Origin: an uncultured Clostridia bacterium
Lineage (GTDB): Bacteria > Bacillota > Clostridia > Oscillospirales > Acutalibacteraceae
Length of the DNA stretch: 57,251 bases
Direction of reading: 5' to 3'
Assembly: GCA_944380795.1 (NCBI GenBank)
Contig: CALWIS010000012.1
Coordinates: 1-57,251 of the forward strand
How positions within the stretch are numbered: the stretch's first letter is position 1; each line of letters opens with the position of its first letter. The translations under genes were made by a program, and so were the position numbers. This document shows, in pieces, positions 51,131 to 57,251 of the stretch. The notes below the pieces were generated by a model that had not been told where the DNA came from, made no database searches, and was given only the letters and a program-made list of their open reading frames with translations.

Positions 51131-51832
51131 TCAGGGCTTTTTCTTTACGCCCATCCGAGATTCCGCATTTTGGACAAGATTCATCAGGGAAGCAGCAAAC
51201 AGAGGATAGTCCTCCGAAAGAGATTCCGGCGTCATGGCAGGAGCGGCGCCTTTTTCCAGGCCCTCCATTTCCCCGGCCTTTTCTCCCTCTGCTAGGCAGG
51301 CAGCGTTGGCCTCTGCAATGCTCTGAGCGGCATCCGCCAGACCATTGTACAGCTTTTCCGGTGCGGCAAACATTCCCTGTGGGTTTTTGGGATTGGCGGA
51401 ATACAAAAGACGGAACGCTTTGTATACCGACACATTGAGGTATGCTGACACCTCGCCGGTTAGGTATTTATTATTGCATTTTTGCAGTTCGCCAAAAATC
51501 ACATTCAGAGAATTGGCCAGCAGCTTTTTGTTGAGGAGGGGCAGAAGGCTCCCCTTCATGCGGTTTTCCTTTCCCGCTGCATCCGGTTCCGGAATGTCCT
51601 CCAAGGTGATGGTGGCTCCCGTTTTATCCGGTGAACGACCCAGCAGATAGTCACAGGAGACCTGATAATAATCTGCCGCACGGACTACGAAATCCAAGCC
51701 ACATTCCCGTATTCCCTTTTCATAGTGGGAAAGAAGCGCCTGAGAAACCCCCAGTTCCTCCGCTGCCTTCTTCTGACTGAGTCCCCGCTCTTTCCGTAAA
51801 AGAGTCAGGAGTCTCGGAAAATGTTTGTTCAT
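51131..51832 (-). CDS. XRE-family HTH regulator with a C-terminal helical domain
   Basis: LLRKERGLSQKKAAEELGVSQALLSHYEKGIRECGLDFVVRAADYYQVSCDYLLGR. Confidence 0.75.
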   Translation of the reverse strand: MNKHFPRLLTLLRKERGLSQKKAAEELGVSQALLSHYEKGIRECGLDFVVRAADYYQVSCDYLLGRSPDKTGATITLEDIPEPDAAGKENRMKGSLLPLLNKKLLANSLNVIFGELQKCNNKYLTGEVSAYLNVSVYKAFRLLYSANPKNPQGMFAAPEKLYNGLADAAQSIAEANAACLAEGEKAGEMEGLEKGAAPAMTPESLSEDYPLFAASLMNLVQNAESRMGVKKKP

Positions 51833-51989
51833 ACTCTCCTCCGCTCATCCCGTATTTTGTCCGTTCCTGTCGGCTGTTTCCGCATTTACCCGTCGAAAAA
51901 AATCGAATAACGTACAGTAAAGTATACCGCAATTACAACATTTTGTAAAGCGCTATATATAGTATATTCTGAAAAAAGGAGCACATTTT

Positions 51990-52724
51990 ATGAAGTCCTA
52001 TCTCATTCATTTGATCCGTCACGGCGCTTCTGCCGGAAATTTACAGGGGCAATACATTGGCCGCACCGATTCTCCCCTTGCCATGGAGACTGTCAAAAAG
52101 CTGGCCGAACTGAAAAGCAGCTATGAATACCCCCCGGCTGATGCCTTTTATACCAGCCCCAGTACCCGCTGCCGGGATACCCTGACTATCCTGTATCCCG
52201 GGGAAAAGCAGGTGGATGTGCCCGGAATGGAGGAATGCGATTTTGGTGACTGGGAGGGAAAGACTGCCTCAGAACTGCAAAAGAGCGACCCCGCCTTTGC
52301 CCAATGGATGGCAGGCGGCCCCCAGGTCTCGCCGCCTAACGGAGAGGATGGAGCGGTATTCATGCACCGGGTGTGCGCCGCTTTTGAAAAGCTGGTGGAG
52401 GATCTGATCCGCACCCACACCTATCGTTCGGTGCTGGTGATCCCCGGAGGTGTGATGATGACCCTCCTCAGCGCCTATGGCCTTCCTAAAGCTCCTTTCT
52501 ACGACTGGATGTGCGAGCCGGGCTGCGGCTATTCTCTGCGGATTACTCCCAGTCTGTGGATGCGGGGGATGGTGGCCGAAGTGTATGAGACGTTGCCCCG
52601 AAGCGGCGAGGAGCCGGCCCCCATGGACCACACCGTCATCGACTTGGCCCGAGAAGCCGCCGACCGGGCGTATGGCAAGCATGATGCAGAAAAAGAGTCT
52701 GCATCCGAGGAAAAGCAATCATAA
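51990..52724 (+). CDS. Histidine phosphatase (phosphoglycerate mutase-like) family protein
   Basis: The LIRHGAS...GRTDSPL catalytic RHG motif is present, and the ATG follows AAAGGAG. Confidence 0.8.
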   Translation: MKSYLIHLIRHGASAGNLQGQYIGRTDSPLAMETVKKLAELKSSYEYPPADAFYTSPSTRCRDTLTILYPGEKQVDVPGMEECDFGDWEGKTASELQKSDPAFAQWMAGGPQVSPPNGEDGAVFMHRVCAAFEKLVEDLIRTHTYRSVLVIPGGVMMTLLSAYGLPKAPFYDWMCEPGCGYSLRITPSLWMRGMVAEVYETLPRSGEEPAPMDHTVIDLAREAADRAYGKHDAEKESASEEKQS

Positions 52725-52784
52725 TATTTTATTTGTGGTGAAATCGCTAGGAGTTCTTTGGGGTATCAGCAAGGAGGGGGACCG

Positions 52785-53642
52785 ATGGATTCACAATATA
52801 TGACACATCCACAGCGGTGGAGGGAAACCTGCGACCCTTTCGCTTTAGAGTATCATAGCTTTCAACTAAAGGAGGTTATGGGGTATCCTCACGCGGGAAA
52901 TGATGTGTTTTATGTCCGTGGCGTGGTGAACGGCAGCGAGACTACAGCATACATTAAGGTTGCCCGGCAAGAGGGAGCCAATATTGAAAATGAAGTGAAG
53001 ATACTGGCGCAGCTTGACGCACCTGTCTTTCCCAAAGTATTGGATTACGACCGCGAGCATGGACGTTTTTCCGTTACTGCCGATATGCCGGGATTGCGCT
53101 TATCCGCGATTGTAGGTGACAACAGGGATTTAGTGTCTCTTTCTTATATGGAGGAATACGGAGAAGCGCTAGTCCGGCTGCATCAATTAAAACTATCGGC
53201 AAAGTCCCAGACTGACAGGAAATTTTATCATTGCCCAGCAGAAGAATTATTAGAAAAACTGAACCTGTCCTTTCTATCTAATTTTTTTGCCAGTAAACCA
53301 AAGGTTGGAGAAACCGTGTTTTGCCACGGCGATTTCCATTATGCCAACATTCTTTGGAAAGATCATCATATAAGCGCGATCCTTGATTTTGAGCTTGCTG
53401 GGTATGGCAATCGGGATTTTGACATTGCGTGGGTGTTGTTCCTTCGTCCTGGTCAAAAATTTTTAAGGACCAAAGAGGAGCGAATGCGTTTTATAAAGGG
53501 GTATCAGAAGCACGGAAACTGCAATGTGGAGGCAGTAAAATATTATATGGCACAATGTTATGTATATTTTCTATGCTTTAGTGCTGATGATGCCGATTAC
53601 TGCGAATACGTACGGAACTGGCTGAATCAAAATTGCCGATAA
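52785..53642 (+). CDS. Aminoglycoside/choline-kinase-like phosphotransferase (APH fold)
   Basis: ATG at 52785 follows AAGGAGGGGG. The catalytic loop is FCHGDFHYANILW and the metal-binding segment is ILDFELAGYGNRDFDIA. Confidence 0.75.
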   Translation: MDSQYMTHPQRWRETCDPFALEYHSFQLKEVMGYPHAGNDVFYVRGVVNGSETTAYIKVARQEGANIENEVKILAQLDAPVFPKVLDYDREHGRFSVTADMPGLRLSAIVGDNRDLVSLSYMEEYGEALVRLHQLKLSAKSQTDRKFYHCPAEELLEKLNLSFLSNFFASKPKVGETVFCHGDFHYANILWKDHHISAILDFELAGYGNRDFDIAWVLFLRPGQKFLRTKEERMRFIKGYQKHGNCNVEAVKYYMAQCYVYFLCFSADDADYCEYVRNWLNQNCR

Positions 53643-53759
53643 TATTTGGAGGTATAGTCTTGTCTATTTTATTCTCAAGTCTCGCTTTTTTGGATGATAG
53701 AGAGTATAATAGGAATAAAACCTCGGTAAAAATTGTGTGAAAGGGCGGAACATACTATT

Positions 53760-54680
53760 ATGAACAGAGAACCGATCTTAGTGGTTATGGCGGCAGGAAT
53801 GGGAAGCCGGTACGGTGGTATGAAACAGATCGACCCTGTGGGAAAAAATGGGGAGATCATCATCGACTATTCCTTGTTCGACGCTATGCGCGCTGGCTTT
53901 AAGCGTGTAATTTTTATTATCCAGCGGAAAAATGAACAGGATTTCCGGGAGGTCATCGGCGACCGTATGAGCCGCTATATGGAGGTGCAATACGCTTTCC
54001 AGGATCTGGAAGATTTGCCGGAAGGCTACTCTCTGCCGGAGGGAAGAGTAAAGCCCTGGGGCACCGGCCATGCTGTGCTGGCCTGCCGCAAGCTCATCGA
54101 CGCACCCTTTGCCGTTATCAATGCCGATGATTTTTATGGTCGGGAGGCCTTTGCCGCTATTTACCGGTTCCTCACCTCTCTGCAGCAGGAGGAAACTGGC
54201 CGCTTCGCTATGGTGGGGTATATCCTGAAAAACACCCTGACAGACAACGGATATGTATCCCGGGGTATATGTGAATTGCAGGGAGATCTTCTGTCCGGGA
54301 TTACCGAGCGCACCCGCATTGAAAAGGCTCCCAACGGTGCCCGCTACAGTGAGGACGGAGGGGAAAGCTGGGTGGATATCGACGAAAACAGCGTGGTGTC
54401 CATGAATCTGTGGGGCTTCCCCGCCACCTTTATGGCAGAGCTGGAAAACCGCTTCAGCGCCTTTTTGGATACCGCCTTGCAGGAGAACCCCATGAAGGGG
54501 GAATACTTCCTGCCGGGTGTGGTGAACCAGCTTTTGGGAGAAGAAAAAGCTCGGGTAGAGGTGCTTCGCTCCCATGATAAGTGGTATGGCGTTACTTACC
54601 GAGAGGATAAACCGGTGGTGCAGGAGGCCCTGCGGGCTATGACCGAGGCCGGTGTGTACCCTGACCCCCTGTTTGATTAA
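53760..54680 (+). CDS. Sugar-phosphate nucleotidyltransferase family protein (paralogue 2)
   Basis: VVMAAGMGSRYGGMKQIDPVG, PWGTGHAVL and INADDFYG are present. It is colinear with 28128..29060. Confidence 0.75.
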   Translation: MNREPILVVMAAGMGSRYGGMKQIDPVGKNGEIIIDYSLFDAMRAGFKRVIFIIQRKNEQDFREVIGDRMSRYMEVQYAFQDLEDLPEGYSLPEGRVKPWGTGHAVLACRKLIDAPFAVINADDFYGREAFAAIYRFLTSLQQEETGRFAMVGYILKNTLTDNGYVSRGICELQGDLLSGITERTRIEKAPNGARYSEDGGESWVDIDENSVVSMNLWGFPATFMAELENRFSAFLDTALQENPMKGEYFLPGVVNQLLGEEKARVEVLRSHDKWYGVTYREDKPVVQEALRAMTEAGVYPDPLFD

Positions 54681-54690
54681 GGAAGGGCTT

Positions 54691-55125
54691 ATGGAATCTA
54701 CTATCCTGACCAATATGTGTATGGTAATGGACGCAGAAGGCAAAGTGTTGGTGCAGATGCACGGGGGAGACTGGAAAGGCTGGTGCTTTCCTGGCGGTCA
54801 TGTGGAACCAAAGGAGTCTTTTGTAGAATCTGTCATCCGGGAAGTCCGGGAAGAAAGCGGGCTGACCATCCAAAATCCCAAAATCTGCGGGGTCAAGCAG
54901 TTTTTTCTGGAGGATGGCTGCCGATACGTGGTGTTGCTTTTCCAGGCGCGGGAGTTTACCGGCCATCTGCGCAGCTCTTCGGAAGGGGAAGTGCGCTGGA
55001 TGTCTTTGGAAGAACTGAAAAATCAGCAGATGCCCTCCGGCTTTCGGGAAATGCTCCCGGTGTTTTTAGATGACTCCAAGCAGGAATTTTATTGGGGCGA
55101 AGATCAAACGGGTATCTATTTATAA
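54691..55125 (+). CDS. NUDIX hydrolase
   Basis: The Nudix box is GGHVEPKESFVESVIREVREESGL. ATG at 54691 follows AAGGAAGGG. Confidence 0.85.
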   Translation: MESTILTNMCMVMDAEGKVLVQMHGGDWKGWCFPGGHVEPKESFVESVIREVREESGLTIQNPKICGVKQFFLEDGCRYVVLLFQAREFTGHLRSSSEGEVRWMSLEELKNQQMPSGFREMLPVFLDDSKQEFYWGEDQTGIYL

Positions 55126-55129
55126 AACA

Positions 55130-55181
55130 AAGGCCGCTGCCTGTAAGACCATATTGTCTACAGGCGGCGGCCTTGCTTTTT
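55130..55181. terminator. Bidirectional terminator between the NUDIX and alarmone synthetase genes
   Basis: AAGGCCGCTGCCTGTA / TACAGGCGGCGGCCTT stem plus TTTTT. Confidence 0.7.
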
Positions 55182-55848
55182 AGTCCAGCTTTTGAATCTC
55201 CCGATAAATTTCCTGCATCTTCACGTCAATGTCGGCAATAGCGGCAGCGCTTTCCAACATAGCCGTGCAAATGTCCGCGGGGATGTTCTTTTCCGATTTA
55301 TACCGCAGGTCATGCTCTAGGCTGGCCCAGAAATCCATGGCCACCGTGCGGATCTGCACTTCCACGGTGACCTGCTCGGTACTCTCAGATAAGAATACCG
55401 GGATAGAGAGGTCCAGATGCAGGCTGCGGTAGCCATTATAGTTGGGGTGCTTGATATAGTCCTGCACCTTTACCAAATGAATATCCGACTGCCGAAGAAG
55501 CATGTCCGCCACATCGTACACGTCGTCGATGTAACAGCATACTACTCGGATTCCGGCAATGTCGTTGAGGTTTTTCCGGGCGGATTCTATGCTGACCTCG
55601 CATCCTCTTTTTTTCAGCTTTTTCAAGATACTGGCAGAGGATTTCAACCGGCTTTCAATATGATGGATGGGGTTGCGGGCAAACCGCACATTAAAATCTT
55701 CGTTGAGGATTTCCAGCTTGGTCTGGATCTCCCGGATAGCGGCGCTGTACAGATGCTGCAGCTCCAAAAATTCCCGCAAGTTTTTAAAAAGTTCGCTTTC
55801 AGCCGGTTCGGTGGAAAGGTTGGTCTGCGGGGTAGTAAGACTGGCCAT
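55180..55848 (-). CDS. Small alarmone synthetase (RelQ/RelP-type GTP pyrophosphokinase)
   Basis: [24 protein letters not shown] and [23 protein letters not shown] are present. ATG at 55848 is preferred over the track start. Confidence 0.88.
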   Translation of the reverse strand: MASLTTPQTNLSTEPAESELFKNLREFLELQHLYSAAIREIQTKLEILNEDFNVRFARNPIHHIESRLKSSASILKKLKKRGCEVSIESARKNLNDIAGIRVVCCYIDDVYDVADMLLRQSDIHLVKVQDYIKHPNYNGYRSLHLDLSIPVFLSESTEQVTVEVQIRTVAMDFWASLEHDLRYKSEKNIPADICTAMLESAAAIADIDVKMQEIYREIQKLD

Positions 55849-55986
55849 GATTTTCCTGTCCTTTCTGTATCTGCGTGGCACTTTCCCAACCAAAATAATT
55901 GATGGGAAAAATCTCAGCTTCTTTTTCTATGATACCAGACGGGGAGGGAAAAGTACAGCGTTTCCTAGGGAAAAGGACGACCTCTC

Positions 55987-56013
55987 ACCATTTTTTGTGC
56001 TGCTGCATACATT
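55987..56013 (+). promoter_or_regulatory. Possible sigmaK-type (late mother-cell) promoter
   Basis: AC (55987-88), 17 nt, CATACATT (56006-13) resembles the AC-N16/17-CATAnnnTA consensus. This is a partial match only. Confidence 0.3.
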
Positions 56014-56071
56014 GGGGAGAGTGGGATCGTCTCAACAACGTCCCGCCAAAAAACAGAGAGGAGAATCCCAT

Positions 56072-57133
56072 ATGAATATTTACAGGCCGTCCGAAGGATG
56101 CGGATGCCGCTGTGGGGATTCATGCTGGCCCAAACCGGGCCCCGGCTGCCCTCCTGACCCGTGTTGCCGTCCCGATCCCTGCTGCCCGCCTGGACCCTGC
56201 TGCATTCCAGGACCTACGGGCCCTCGGGGACCGGCGGGTCCTACCGGGCCCCAGGGCATACAGGGGGTTCAAGGCATTGAGGGTCCCACAGGTGCAACAG
56301 GCGCGACCGGCCCCAGCGGCGCAACGGGTGCAACAGGTCCCAGCGGCGCAACTGGTCCTACTGGCCCGACCGGCTCTAGCGGCGCAACTGGTCCTACTGG
56401 CCCGACCGGCCCTAGTGGCGCAACTGGTCCTACTGGCCCGACCGGCCCTAGCGGCACAACGGGTCCCACTGGTCCTACTGGCCCGACCGGCCCGACCGGC
56501 CCGACCGGTCCCAGCGGCCCGACCGGTCCAACCGGTCCAACCGGTCCTACTGGTTCTGATGGAACAGATGGAGCCGCTGCCACAGTAAAGGTAGGGACGG
56601 TGACTACCGGTGATCCTGGTACACAGGCCGCCGTGGTAAACTCCGGCACCGACCAAAATGCGATTCTAGACTTTACCATTCCTCAAGGGGAAAGCCAACC
56701 GGTACAACTGCTGTCATCGTACTCCACTGCCCCACAAAGCGGAACTTCCGGCGCCCCCTTGCTCTTTGACAAAAATTCTTCCACCTATGGAAGTGCTATT
56801 TCCCACACTGATGGCAGCGGAACCTTTACGATCCAGCAGCCTGGGGTGTATATGGCTTCTTTCAACGGGGCAATGTCGCCAGATAGCCAAGCGTCGTTCC
56901 CTCTGAATATAGGTGTCTCCCTGTCTCAGGGAGGCAGTACTGTACCGGGAGCTGCTTCGCAGCATACTTTCCAAAACTCCTCAGAAACGGCCACGGTGGC
57001 TTTTACCTCCCCTGTTACCGTTTCTTCCGCCCCGGCTACTGTACAGGTAATAGGTTCTGGAGGTCCGTACGTGTATGGCACCACCTCCTTGACCCTGAAC
57101 CGGCTGGGGGATATTCCTTCCACAGACGCATAA
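56072..57133 (+). CDS. BclA-like collagen-repeat (exosporium-type) protein with a Cys/Pro-rich N-terminus and a beta-rich C-terminal domain
   Basis: ATG at 56072 follows AGAGGAGAA. The N-terminus is [44 protein letters not shown]. Then 40 uninterrupted G-X-Y triplets (56210-56569, mostly GPT/GAT/GPS) are followed by a C-terminal domain of about 185 aa. Confidence 0.85.
   Translation: MNIYRPSEGCGCRCGDSCWPKPGPGCPPDPCCRPDPCCPPGPCCIPGPTGPRGPAGPTGPQGIQGVQGIEGPTGATGATGPSGATGATGPSGATGPTGPTGSSGATGPTGPTGPSGATGPTGPTGPSGTTGPTGPTGPTGPTGPTGPSGPTGPTGPTGPTGSDGTDGAAATVKVGTVTTGDPGTQAAVVNSGTDQNAILDFTIPQGESQPVQLLSSYSTAPQSGTSGAPLLFDKNSSTYGSAISHTDGSGTFTIQQPGVYMASFNGAMSPDSQASFPLNIGVSLSQGGSTVPGAASQHTFQNSSETATVAFTSPVTVSSAPATVQVIGSGGPYVYGTTSLTLNRLGDIPSTDA
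56342..56449 (+). repeat. Three near-identical 36-bp tandem repeats inside the collagen-like region
   Basis: AGCGGCGCAACTGGTCCTACTGGCCCGACCGGC(T/C)CT occurs three times (56342-77, 56378-413, 56414-49) and differs at 1-2 positions. Degenerate copies flank both sides. Confidence 0.85.
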
Positions 57134-57164
57134 TAGTTATTACGGAAAAGCACACCATGTTCAA

Positions 57165-57199
57165 AGAGGGAGGGCCCTGGCCCTCCCTCTATGCTTTTT
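57165..57199 (+). terminator. Terminator after the collagen-like gene
   Basis: AGAGGGAGGG / CCCTCCCTCT stem followed by ATGCTTTTT. Confidence 0.75.
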
Positions 57200-57216
57200 A
57201 GAAGGGAGGAGCGGGA

Positions 57217-57251
57217 ATGGTCACTATCAGTCTTTGTATGATCGTAAAAAA
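57217..57251 (+). CDS. 5' end of a probable family-2 glycosyltransferase (cut by the window edge)
   Basis: GGGAGGAG RBS, then ATG at 57217: MVTISLCMIVKK. The ISLCMIVKNE-type start is common in GT2 enzymes. Only 11 codons are visible. Confidence 0.3.
   Translation, partial: MVTISLCMIVK

Noticed and set aside
53778-54743. 321-aa minus-strand ORF.
   Set aside because: It is antisense to nucleotidyltransferase paralogue 2, and its translation has no motifs. The same artefact (28140..28772) occurs opposite paralogue 1.
55180-55848. The small alarmone synthetase as a toxSAS toxin-antitoxin or defence module.
   Set aside because: Its size and motifs match housekeeping RelQ/RelP enzymes. There is no small adjacent antitoxin ORF. 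It is monocistronic, lying between a bidirectional terminator and the collagen-gene promoter.

Overview
The window is a 57-kb chromosomal segment that looks like a spore-forming Firmicute of the Clostridia type. The signs are spoIIID, lexA, a BclA-like collagen protein, AGGAGG-type ribosome-binding sites (RBSs) and many hairpin+T-run terminators. Almost all of it is core metabolism. I saw no rRNA, tRNA, CRISPR array, intact mobile element or recognisable defence operon.

Gene content by region:
- 7.2-24.8 kb is a nitrogen block. The minus strand carries glnA (GS type I), an ANTAR regulator, asnA and glnN (GS type III). Diverging from it on the plus strand is a tight string of split archaeal-type glutamate synthase (3 genes), carAB, pyrG, dapL and purF.
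- Arabinan-related genes are a frameshifted GH127, an AraC regulator with GH51 abfA, and a DUF5060/DUF4038 protein.
- An envelope region holds a nucleotidyltransferase, an LCP protein and a decayed two-component/ABC locus.
- Other core genes are spoIIID, an M23 peptidase, lexA, aroE-aroK, acpP, oadB/oadG-like genes, proS, an ABC-F ATPase and a ThrE-family pair.
- Further along are an ECF S-component with two tandem coaX genes, tcdA, and a phosphatase/kinase/nucleotidyltransferase/NUDIX cluster.
- The window ends with a small alarmone synthetase and a collagen-like exosporium-type protein.

The most interesting signals are at the RNA and architecture level, not a new protein system:
1. Three terminator/antiterminator switches share a small hairpin with an AA(A/C)GGC hexaloop. 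They lie in the glnA leader, upstream of asnA and in the glutamate-synthase leader, next to an ANTAR protein with a pseudo-receiver domain.
2. A 357-bp unannotated, hairpin-dense element bounded by a perfect 14-bp inverted repeat lies in the apparent 5' leader of the ThrE-family operon.
3. A head-to-head deletion scar joins a 5'-truncated histidine kinase to a 5'-truncated FtsX permease.
4. The GH127 gene is split by a homopolymer frameshift.
5. Two coaX paralogues are tandem and translationally coupled, downstream of an ECF S-component.
6. The BclA-like gene has a Cys/Pro-rich N-terminus and 36-bp tandem repeats.

All family calls come from reading the translations by eye. No database search was run.
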